DNA from: Chthoniobacterales bacterium | GTDB lineage: Bacteria; Verrucomicrobiota; Verrucomicrobiia; Chthoniobacterales; UBA10450 | Reading direction: 5' to 3' | Assembly: GCA_036490335.1 (NCBI GenBank) | Contig: DASXEB010000016.1 | Coordinates: 70,489 to 134,488 of the forward strand | Length of the DNA: 64,000 nt | Part shown: positions 10,084 through 19,068 of the stretch, one piece after another | How the letters are laid out: every line of letters begins with the position of its first letter | How positions within the stretch are numbered: the stretch's first letter is position 1 | Program-made: the position numbers and the translations under genes | Notes under the pieces: model-generated | Seen by the model: the letters and a program-made list of their open reading frames with translations, nothing else | Told to the model about the DNA's origin: nothing | Databases searched by the model: none

Positions 10084-10736
10084 CGAAGCCGCCGGTGATC
10101 GGGCGAACGCGCGAGGAGATGGCGCAGCGTCTGGCGCAGGACATTCCCGACGGCTCCTATGTGAATCTGGGCATTGGCATTCCGGAGCTGGTCACCAGGT
10201 TCGTGCCGGCGGGCCGCTCGCTGATCTATCACACAGAAAATGGCCTGCTCGGCATGGGCCCCGCGCCCAAGCCCGGCGAAGGCGATCCCGAGCTGCTCAA
10301 TGCGGGCAAACAGCGCGTGACGGCGTTGCCGGGCGCCGCGTATTTTCATCACGCGGACAGCTTCGCTATGATCCGCGGCGGCCACCTGGATCTTTGCGTG
10401 CTCGGCGCGCTCCAGGTCGCGCAGAATGGCGATCTGGCCAACTGGTCCACGGGCGAGCCCGACGCCATCCCCGCAGTCGGCGGCGCCATGGACCTGGTCG
10501 CGGGAGTAAAATCGATCTTCGTCATCACCCAGCATTGCACCAGGGAAGGCGAGGCGAAACTCGTGCAAAAGTGCACCTTTCCGCTGACGGGATTGGCCGT
10601 CGTGAACCGCATCTACACCGATCTCGCCGTGATCGAAGTCACGCCGGACGGATTTCGACTCGTCGAACTGAGCCCAGGCATCAATTTCAATTTCGTGCAG
10701 GAGCGCACCGGTGCGCCTCTGCTTCAAACTAATTAG
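10080..10736 (+). CDS. 3-oxoacid CoA-transferase subunit B
   Basis: Contains EEMAQRLAQDIPDGSYVNLGIGIP and HTENGLLGMGP. ATGA overlap with subunit A. Confidence 0.85.
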   Translation: MTKPPVIGRTREEMAQRLAQDIPDGSYVNLGIGIPELVTRFVPAGRSLIYHTENGLLGMGPAPKPGEGDPELLNAGKQRVTALPGAAYFHHADSFAMIRGGHLDLCVLGALQVAQNGDLANWSTGEPDAIPAVGGAMDLVAGVKSIFVITQHCTREGEAKLVQKCTFPLTGLAVVNRIYTDLAVIEVTPDGFRLVELSPGINFNFVQERTGAPLLQTN

Positions 10737-10744
10737 GAAGGAAG

Positions 10745-11145
10745 AATTAAGATTTAAGAAGGTGGCCACAGGAGATCCGGGGAAAGATTTGCGTAAACGA
10801 ACGATGAGCTTTGCCCTTCGTATTGTTCGGATGTTTTCGGCTCTGCCGAAAACGACTGGGGCACAGATACTTGGCAAGCAGGTGCTCCGTTCCGGGACGT
10901 CGGTGGGAGCAAATTATCGGGAGGCTTTCCGAGCGCGCAGTAAGCCGGAGTTCATCTCGAAGTGCGGCGACTGTTTGAAGGAAGTCGAAGAAACCGCTTA
11001 CTGGCTCGAGCTGCTTGTTGATGCAGAATTTGTCATTCCGGAAAAGCTGGCGCATCTGCAGCGGGAATGCGACGAGCTGACGGCGATCTTCGTTTCGATC
11101 ATCAAGAGTTCGAGGCGCAATACGACCACTTCTTAAATCTTAATT
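10745..11145. repeat. 17-bp perfect inverted repeat flanking the four-helix-bundle gene
   Basis: AATTAAGATTTAAGAAG at 10745-10761 is the exact reverse complement of CTTCTTAAATCTTAATT at 11129-11145. Both flanks are strikingly AT-rich compared with their surroundings. Confidence 0.8.
10804..11136 (+). CDS. Four-helix-bundle protein (23S rRNA intervening-sequence protein family)
   Basis: MSFALRIVRMFSALPKTTGAQILGKQVLRSGTSVGANYREAFRARSKPEFISKCGDCLKEVEETAYWLELL carries the family hallmarks: QLxRSxxSIGANxxEA, and KxxxxxKExxETxYWLxL. Confidence 0.8.
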   Translation: MSFALRIVRMFSALPKTTGAQILGKQVLRSGTSVGANYREAFRARSKPEFISKCGDCLKEVEETAYWLELLVDAEFVIPEKLAHLQRECDELTAIFVSIIKSSRRNTTTS

Positions 11146-11162
11146 TTTAATTCTTAATTCTG

Positions 11163-12479
11163 ATGCAAACCGACCTCTCACGCAGCGCCGCCCTCTACGA
11201 GCGGGCCCTCAAAGTCCTTCCCGGCGGCGTCAGCCGCAACGCGATCCTGCGGGCGAGTCACCCGACCTACGTCGAGTGCGGCAAAGGTTGCCGCGTGACC
11301 GACCTCGAGGGCGTCACGCGCATCGACTTCTCCAACAACATGGCGTCCCTGATCCACGGCCACGCCTGCCCCGAGATCATCCAGGCGGTGACGGAGCAGA
11401 TGAACCGCGGCACCGCGTTCATGATGGGCACCGAGATCGAGGTGCGCTATGCCGAGCACTTGTGCAGCCGCAACCGCTCGTTCGCGAAAATGCGTTTCAT
11501 GAACTCAGGCACCGAGGCGATCATGGTCGCGCTGAAGGCGGCCCGCGCATTTACCGGGCGGCCGAAGATCGCCAAGGCCGAGGGCGCCTACCACGGTGTC
11601 TACGACTACGCCGAGGTGAGCCAGGGTTCCACGCCGGCGACCTGGGGCGGCATCGACCATCCGGTTAGCGTTCCGCTGGTGCACGGGACCCCCGAGTCCG
11701 CGCTCAAGGACGTCGTTGTGTTTCCGTTCAACGACACCGAGCGCACGCTGGCGATCCTGGACGAGCACGCCAAAGATCTTGCGTGCGTCTTGATCGATCT
11801 GATGCCGCACCGCGTCGGCTTGTGTCCGGCAGATGTCGAGTTCGTCGCCGCGCTGCGCGAGTGGTCCGCGCGCCACGGGGTCCTGTTGGTGTTCGATGAA
11901 GTCATCACGTTCCGGGCCGAGCACGCCGGCTTGCAAGCGCGCTACGGCGTCACGCCCGACATGACCGCGCTGGGCAAGATCATCGGCGGTGGATTTCCCA
12001 TTGGCGCCGTCGCCGGCCGAGCCGAAGTCATGGATGTGCTCAACCCGCAGTCGCCCCGCTACGTGTTCCCGCACTCCGGCACATTCACGGCCAACCCGAT
12101 CAGCATGACCGCGGGCATGGCGGCGATGCTGAAGTTCGACCAACCCGCGGTGGCGCGCCTAAACGCGCTGACCGATCGGGCCAGGAACGGCATCGAAGGC
12201 GCGATCCGTGCGACGGGCGCGCCCGCGAGCGTCACCGGGGCGGGCTCGATGTTCCTGGTGCACATGAAGCAGACGCCGCCACGAAATTACCGCGATGCCT
12301 ACCCGACGCCCGACGAGTCGCGCCGACTCAAGGCGTTGCTCGAACATCTCCACAACGAAGGTTGCAGCATCATCAGCACGGGGACGTGCGTGTTCTCCAC
12401 GCCGATGACCGAAGCGGAGATCGACACGCTGGTAGGGGCGTTCAAGTCCGGCTTTGCCAAGCTGGCTTCGATTGGCTGA
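11163..12479 (+). CDS. Class-III (glutamate-1-semialdehyde-aminomutase-like) PLP aminotransferase
   Basis: LPGGVSRN, FMNSGTEAIMVALKAARAFTGR, LVFDEVITFR, ALGKIIGGGFPIGA (PLP lysine region). Confidence 0.8.
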   Translation: MQTDLSRSAALYERALKVLPGGVSRNAILRASHPTYVECGKGCRVTDLEGVTRIDFSNNMASLIHGHACPEIIQAVTEQMNRGTAFMMGTEIEVRYAEHLCSRNRSFAKMRFMNSGTEAIMVALKAARAFTGRPKIAKAEGAYHGVYDYAEVSQGSTPATWGGIDHPVSVPLVHGTPESALKDVVVFPFNDTERTLAILDEHAKDLACVLIDLMPHRVGLCPADVEFVAALREWSARHGVLLVFDEVITFRAEHAGLQARYGVTPDMTALGKIIGGGFPIGAVAGRAEVMDVLNPQSPRYVFPHSGTFTANPISMTAGMAAMLKFDQPAVARLNALTDRARNGIEGAIRATGAPASVTGAGSMFLVHMKQTPPRNYRDAYPTPDESRRLKALLEHLHNEGCSIISTGTCVFSTPMTEAEIDTLVGAFKSGFAKLASIG

Positions 12480-12560
12480 GCGAGCGAAAGGACGGATCGA
12501 TTCGGGCGGGTGGGATGCGTTGCAGATCATAAGAAAAAGTTTCGCCTACCGACGGGAGGC

Positions 12561-12585
12561 GCCCCCCCGGCAGGGGGCTTGTTTG
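12561..12585 (+). terminator. Possible intrinsic terminator after the aminotransferase gene
   Basis: GCCCCC (12561-12566), loop CCGGCA, GGGGGC (12573-12578), followed by TTGTTTG. Confidence 0.4.
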
Positions 12586-12623
12586 CGATCGACACGGACT
12601 GCACGACCGTGCAGGCTTTGCAA

Positions 12624-13730
12624 ATGCCTACACAGTTGACGATCATCGATTTGTTCTGCGGCGTTGGCGGATTCAGCTTAGGCGCAGCACAAGCGGGTTT
12701 CCGGCCGTTGGTCGGTATCGATATCGATCCTGATCTAATTTCCGGATATGGTTTAAACTTCCCTTCGGCGCGTGCAGTGGAGGCCGACATCTCGGAATTA
12801 GACGCTCCCGCATGGGAAGAGATTCTGCGGGGCAATCAGCCTCTGGGAATCATCGGCGGACCGCCGTGTCAGGGCTTCAGCCGGATCGGGAAACGCGAGA
12901 AGAATGATGCGCGCAACCGGCTAGTCGGATCGTTTATCAAACAGGTCTGTTCGTTGCGTCCAGCGTTCTTTGTCATGGAAAATGTCGAAGGGCTTCTGGA
13001 TTCAGACTTCGAGGAGATGCTTGAGCTCGCTCTCCGTCGAGCGCGAGATCACTATGAGCTAATAGGACCGATTCAATTAAACGCATGCGACGCTGGAGTC
13101 CCCACCGATCGCCGTCGTGTAATCGTGGTAGGATATGATTCGGCAAGAGTTGGAAGGTTGGTCCCAACCGATTTTGCGATCAAGAGTCGCAGTAAAGTGA
13201 CCGTGCGCGATGCCATCGAAGATCTTCCCGCTCCGAATGAAGATGATGATGGCGACTTTGCTTGGTCCCGGTATTCGTCAGGAGTGAGTCTAGGAACTTA
13301 TGCACGGACGATGAGGGGGTCACTGCCGCGCGGCGTGGGTTGGGAGGCGTCCCTGAAGCGAAGAGAGTCGGAGGTATCCGGATTGCAAAAGACGATTCAC
13401 ACGTGGGAGGTTGTAGAGCGATTCGACCGGGTCGCCGCTGGGAAAACCGATTCGATTAGCCGGTATCCTCGCCTTTCGTGGGATGGCCGCTGCCCAACGT
13501 TGCGCGCTGGAACCGGATCGGAACGCGGATCGTTCCAAGCAGCTCGTCCAATCCATCCGGAAGAGCCTCGGGTTATCACGGTGCGAGAAGCCGCCAGACT
13601 CCAGGGATTCCCGGACGCCTTCGTGTTCCATCCGACGAAATGGCACAGCTTCAGAATGATCGGCAACAGCGTGTCGCCTCCGGTCGCGCGGAAAGTGATG
13701 GCAGTTATTCGAGGGAAGATTAAGAAGTAG
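12624..13730 (+). CDS. dcm: DNA (cytosine-5)-methyltransferase
   Basis: Motif I DLFCGVGGFSLG, motif IV GGPPCQGFS (catalytic Cys), motif VI FFVMENVEGL, RLQGFPDAF, and motif X GNSVSPPVA. Confidence 0.9.
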   Translation: MPTQLTIIDLFCGVGGFSLGAAQAGFRPLVGIDIDPDLISGYGLNFPSARAVEADISELDAPAWEEILRGNQPLGIIGGPPCQGFSRIGKREKNDARNRLVGSFIKQVCSLRPAFFVMENVEGLLDSDFEEMLELALRRARDHYELIGPIQLNACDAGVPTDRRRVIVVGYDSARVGRLVPTDFAIKSRSKVTVRDAIEDLPAPNEDDDGDFAWSRYSSGVSLGTYARTMRGSLPRGVGWEASLKRRESEVSGLQKTIHTWEVVERFDRVAAGKTDSISRYPRLSWDGRCPTLRAGTGSERGSFQAARPIHPEEPRVITVREAARLQGFPDAFVFHPTKWHSFRMIGNSVSPPVARKVMAVIRGKIKK

Positions 13731-13740
13731 CGGAGACCAG

Positions 13741-15420
13741 ATGGCCAAGGGAGTCGAACGCAGGCAGGCGGACACCAGTCCGACCAAGGAAGTGGTCGTC
13801 CAAAGTCTCACGAAGGACGCGACGACACAGGCGTGTCTTTTCGATTTGGTTGACAACGCGATTGACGGGGCTCGTGAAGTGATCGAAGCGGGCGGCGGCA
13901 AAACCAAGACGAAGCCAATCGACCTGCCTTCATCCTACAAAGGTTACAAAGTCGATCTGCGGGTAAGCGGTTCCGAGGTTCGGGTCGAAGACAATGCTTC
14001 TGGTATATCGGCTGATGATTTGGAGAAGTCCGTCCTACGATTCGGTCAGCGGGCCGGACGTCCGCACGGCATTGGCTTTTATGGCGTGGGGCTGAACCGC
14101 GCTCTCTTCAAACTCGGTCGAACGGTCAAAATCGATACCGATGACGGCAAGTCGCATTCTCTAATTGGGTTCGATGTCGATGATTACCTGAAGGAGGCGA
14201 CTACGTGGGAGCGTCCTTTCGACGTGACCGCTTCAACCGGCAAGCGAGGAACGACGATCACGTTGACCAATCCGGCACCCGAAATCTCACGCGAACTTGC
14301 AGGTTCGGACGAGATCCTTCGGCGCGATCTGGGCCGACGCTATCATCGTTTTTTGCAGAAGGGACTGAAGATTCTTTTCCAAGGAAAACCTGTCGAGCCT
14401 CTCTATATCCCGCTCCGTGGAAACTCACCTTTCCCGAGGCTCCACAAATCATACCGCAGTGGAGACAACGTTTGGATTCATATCGAAGCAGGCGAGCATC
14501 GCGATCACCTGTTCCCTGCCGAGATGGCCGAGGGAAGCGCGAACCCGCCGGAACTGACTCGGGATTTCGGCTGGTCCGTGCTGTGCAACGACCGTGAGAT
14601 TGTGGAGGCCGACCGGACGGATAAAACCGGCTGGGAGCACACGTGGCACCCTGAGTACAATGGCTTCGTCGGCCGGGTTCATTTTGTAAGTTCCGCCCCT
14701 GATCTGCTGCCTTGGAACACTTCGAAAACCGATGTGGACCGAAATAACGCTGCCTACCAACGCGCTCTGGAAGACATGCAGGCATTTGCGGCGAAATGGC
14801 GCCAATACACTCGCGCCGCGAAAACTGCGAAACGGAAGGGACTGCTGCTGCCCGTTCCCGGACCGCGCAAAGGAGTTGAGAGTGCGCCGAGCGCCAAGTC
14901 AAATTCACGGCGCCCAAAGGCGAAGATGCGACAGCATAGTCGGTGGCTCTTGCCCGCCGACATCGACGAGGGGAAATGCAGTGGAAAGTTGCTCGAACTT
15001 GTCGGGGAAGGTAAGTCTATCGACGCCTTCGAGAACCGATACACTGGGTTGGCGCTGATGCGCATATTGTTCGAGGTGGCCAGTGTTCATTTCTTAAAAC
15101 GAGCCAAGCTTCTCGAACCCTGTAGAGCGTGGTGCATCGCAAAAGAGGAGGCGGCTCGGGCGAAAGCCTATAGCGCTGACCACAAGAAAAGATACGTGCC
15201 CGCCCTCTCAATTCTCTTGGATTACTTCACGGCACACTGGGAACCGACCTTCGGGCCCGCAGCAGGAGCCTATCTCGAACCGAGCTTCAACAAATTCAAG
15301 CAATTCAAGTCGGATATGGACAGCGCTGTGCATCATCCATTCAACGAGATCAACGCTATTCGCGCGATTGAGATGCGCGACTCGTGCATTCCGATCTTGC
15401 GGCACTTGCTCGAAACCTAA
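13741..15420 (+). CDS. GHKL (Bergerat-fold, MORC/MutL-like) ATPase with an unassigned ~200-aa C-terminal domain
   Basis: N-box FDLVDNAIDGA (aa 34-44), G1 box VEDNASGIS (aa 82-90), G2 box GIGFYGVGLNRALFKLG (aa 110-126). No nuclease motif seen. Sits between dcm and vsr with 10-nt and 5-nt gaps. Confidence 0.7.
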   Translation: MAKGVERRQADTSPTKEVVVQSLTKDATTQACLFDLVDNAIDGAREVIEAGGGKTKTKPIDLPSSYKGYKVDLRVSGSEVRVEDNASGISADDLEKSVLRFGQRAGRPHGIGFYGVGLNRALFKLGRTVKIDTDDGKSHSLIGFDVDDYLKEATTWERPFDVTASTGKRGTTITLTNPAPEISRELAGSDEILRRDLGRRYHRFLQKGLKILFQGKPVEPLYIPLRGNSPFPRLHKSYRSGDNVWIHIEAGEHRDHLFPAEMAEGSANPPELTRDFGWSVLCNDREIVEADRTDKTGWEHTWHPEYNGFVGRVHFVSSAPDLLPWNTSKTDVDRNNAAYQRALEDMQAFAAKWRQYTRAAKTAKRKGLLLPVPGPRKGVESAPSAKSNSRRPKAKMRQHSRWLLPADIDEGKCSGKLLELVGEGKSIDAFENRYTGLALMRILFEVASVHFLKRAKLLEPCRAWCIAKEEAARAKAYSADHKKRYVPALSILLDYFTAHWEPTFGPAAGAYLEPSFNKFKQFKSDMDSAVHHPFNEINAIRAIEMRDSCIPILRHLLET

Positions 15421-15425
15421 AGAGC

Positions 15426-15848
15426 ATGACGGATCACGTGTCCGTATTGCATCGGAGCGCGATCATGCGCTCTGTTGGATCAAAAAATACCGGTCCTGAA
15501 ATTCTTGTCCGCCGCGCTGCTCATTCTCTTGGGTTGCGATTCCGTTTGCATCGAAAATCGCTGCCGGGCACGCCCGACATAGTATTTCCTAAGTCCAAGA
15601 CGGCAATCTTTGTGCACGGCTGCTTCTGGCACCGCCATTCGAAATGTCGAAAGGCGACCACGCCACGATCAAGAGTCGAGTTTTGGAACGCTAAATTCGA
15701 CCGAAACGTGGCCCGAGATGCGGAGTCTCAGTCCTTGCTGCGCAAGCTTGGCTGGAAGGTAATTGTCGTTTGGCAGTGCGAGGTCCCGACAAAGGAGGCT
15801 GCGGAGAAGATTTTGAAGCGCGTCTTCTTCAGTCGCAGAGGGTCATGA
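15426..15848 (+). CDS. vsr: Very-short-patch repair endonuclease
   Basis: RSAIMRSVGSKNTGPEILVRRAAHSLGLRFRLH...LPGTPDIVFPKSKTAIFVHGCFWHRH...FWNAKFDRNVARD is canonical Vsr. Confidence 0.9.
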   Translation: MTDHVSVLHRSAIMRSVGSKNTGPEILVRRAAHSLGLRFRLHRKSLPGTPDIVFPKSKTAIFVHGCFWHRHSKCRKATTPRSRVEFWNAKFDRNVARDAESQSLLRKLGWKVIVVWQCEVPTKEAAEKILKRVFFSRRGS

Positions 15849-15919
15849 AGTTTCTGAAATCAATCTTTATCGCTATATCGCACTGACTCGACTTGCTTCA
15901 AACCCTCTGCCTCTGTTCA

Positions 15920-16033
15920 TCGAACGATCTGACAGTCAGGCTCACTTCCAAAACTCACTCCCGTTCGAAGACCGTCGCCAAGCCTTGTCCTACCCCGACG
16001 CAGAGCGACGCCATGCCGCGCGAGGCGTCGGTG
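15920..16033 (-). pseudogene. Orphan copy of the 3' end of the thiolase gene plus 35 bp of its downstream flank (att-like repeat, copy A)
   Basis: About 94% identical (6 substitutions and 1 indel by eye) to 17778-17890. Encodes ...ASLCVGVGQGLATVFERE* like the true thiolase C-terminus. ORF 15955..16242 in the track is this fragment fused to unrelated sequence. Confidence 0.75.
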
Positions 16034-16228
16034 TCCAGCGAATCCCAACAGTGGGATCGGTAGCGTAGAAAGACGCACTTGCGTCGATTTTCGGACGTAA
16101 ACTTCTCTGTATATGATAGTAAGCGCACTTGAGTCGCGAATAAACTGCTCTCAAAACGCTGTTGCCAATAACGGCAGGACATCAGGTGAGATTGCAGAAT
16201 CAAATTTCTAAATTGAAATCTCTCTTGG

Positions 16229-16362
16229 GAATATTGAAACATGCCTTTTCAATATTGAACGCCAGCGAATCAATATTGCTTTCGGTGCTCTGATTATTTA
16301 CCGGTGATCTTGCGGTAACTGCTAGCCACTTGTCGTATTCGACTTTTCGTACGGCAATATTG
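16229..16362. promoter_or_regulatory. Array of four (C/G)AATATTG palindromic boxes upstream of ORF 16426
   Basis: GAATATTG at 16229-16236; CAATATTG at 16250-16257, 16271-16278 and 16355-16362. The first three are spaced exactly 21 bp apart, in an AT-rich region. Confidence 0.5.
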
Positions 16363-16425
16363 GCGGAAGGCGTGGCAAGAAAGCTGCTTTAATTCTCGGC
16401 AGCAGATTAACCGAAAGGAAATTAT

Positions 16426-16821
16426 ATGGCTCGTAAACCAATGAGAGTTGAAATCCCGAAGAACCCCGATGACTGCATTACGCTCGCCGGAAAGGTGATC
16501 GCCAAGCATGTCGCCGACGGCGCAACCAGTCCGATTACCGGTCTGGGCATGGCCGACATGGCGGTCAAAAACACCACCGCCGACGCGCAAAACAAGCAAT
16601 CGAAAGACCTCGCCCGTCAGTCGCAGCTCTGCACGGAGAATCGCGATATCGCGTTGGGCAAGGACACTTCGAAAGAAGGCACGGTGCGCTTCTACCTGAA
16701 CTCGGTGCGCGACACCTTGCTCGGCAAATATCGCGGCAATCCCAGCCAATTAGGCGATTGGGGTTTTGACGTCATGACGACGCCCAAACCTCCGAAGGCG
16801 AAGAAAACGCCATCGGCGTAA
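16426..16821 (+). CDS. Hypothetical protein (131 aa), no family recognised
   Basis: ATG start with GAAAGGAAA 6 nt upstream. Sole long ORF in the AT-rich cargo segment on this strand. K/P-rich tail. Confidence 0.45.
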   Translation: MARKPMRVEIPKNPDDCITLAGKVIAKHVADGATSPITGLGMADMAVKNTTADAQNKQSKDLARQSQLCTENRDIALGKDTSKEGTVRFYLNSVRDTLLGKYRGNPSQLGDWGFDVMTTPKPPKAKKTPSA

Positions 16822-16932
16822 TCGTTACGCGTTTGCCCGTCGTGGCTCGCGTCCGGTGAAATCCCGGCCAAGCGGGCGACGCGCAACACGAATGGTCTGC
16901 GAGGCAGCAATTATTCTCCGCGTAATGCGCGG

Positions 16933-17739
16933 CTAAACTGTCAATGCCGAATCTTCTCTTCTGCGGGACGGTAAGTAATCGCGCAGCAAATCTGTAACCC
17001 GCTGTTTAGTTTCGCGTGTCGCGCCGGGGTGGGTTACCACGCGACGAACAATTTTCCGCAATTTGATCGGAATATGTCGGCACAGATCTTCCGAGGCAAT
17101 ACTTTCGTCCTCGCGCGGGACTCGCAACATACGGTATTCACGCTCAATCCTACAGCTGGCCGGCTTGTAGAAGAATAGGCTCGTGTGCGTGAACTCGGTT
17201 CGGGGAAAATCTAATGACGCATACTTCACTCCGTACTTCATGATTTCTTCTGGCACAAAACGCCGTAGTGCCTTCGCGGACGTGGCGATCACCACGCTGT
17301 TCGGTGTCTTCGTATATCCCCGCCACATCTCCCAACATTCGCGTGTCCCGCGATTCCAGCATGAAATGAACATTACTTGTCTGATTGTCTCTTGGGATTC
17401 CTTCCAATTCTCAGGTCTCTTGACCGGGTAGAGTTTCTGAAATGCCTCCTCCGACTTCGACATCGTCTCCGTGTTACCCGGTGACTCGCGGCCCTCAAAC
17501 GGTTCATCAAACTGGTCGGCCCTCGCAAAGTAGATTGTCGACCTCTTGAGCATGTCTTCGAACTTCCAAAGCTCCATGTATCGCCAGAGCGTCTCGTGAT
17601 CGGCAACCACCTCATACGGCCAATCCTCACTAAAAACGGGCGCTACCGGCCCGACGATTTCACCAGTGTAGCGATTATACATGACGCGCCCAAGCGGGCG
17701 CGGCGGACTTGCAGCGCTTGCTCTTTTACTCGGCAGCAT
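16933..17739 (-). CDS. DUF2971-like protein
   Basis: YFARADQFDEPFEG resembles the conserved (F/Y)xxxxxxFxDPxE motif I recall for DUF2971. The true start may be the internal MYNRYTG. Confidence 0.5.
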   Translation of the reverse strand: MLPSKRASAASPPRPLGRVMYNRYTGEIVGPVAPVFSEDWPYEVVADHETLWRYMELWKFEDMLKRSTIYFARADQFDEPFEGRESPGNTETMSKSEEAFQKLYPVKRPENWKESQETIRQVMFISCWNRGTRECWEMWRGYTKTPNSVVIATSAKALRRFVPEEIMKYGVKYASLDFPRTEFTHTSLFFYKPASCRIEREYRMLRVPREDESIASEDLCRHIPIKLRKIVRRVVTHPGATRETKQRVTDLLRDYLPSRRREDSALTV

Positions 17740-17811
17740 ACTTGCGCGAAAGGGTGCGTTGGAGAGGCGCTGGGCGCTCGAACGATCTGACAGTCAGGCC
17801 CACTTCCAAAC

Positions 17812-19017
<1,206 letters not shown>

Positions 19018-19068
19018 CTAGATTTGATCGCGTCGCTGCATGAGCAATGTAATAGGGCGCGACGCTCG

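Noticed and set aside
12599-12614. The palindrome CTGCACGACCGTGCAG just upstream of the dcm start, as a controller-protein operator.
   Set aside because: There is a single copy and no C-protein (small HTH) gene in the module. It could equally be an incidental hairpin.
15955-16242. 95-aa ORF on the minus strand.
   Set aside because: Its C-terminus is simply the duplicated thiolase tail (att-like copy A). The remainder is AT-rich non-homologous sequence. It is treated as a gene fragment, not a gene.
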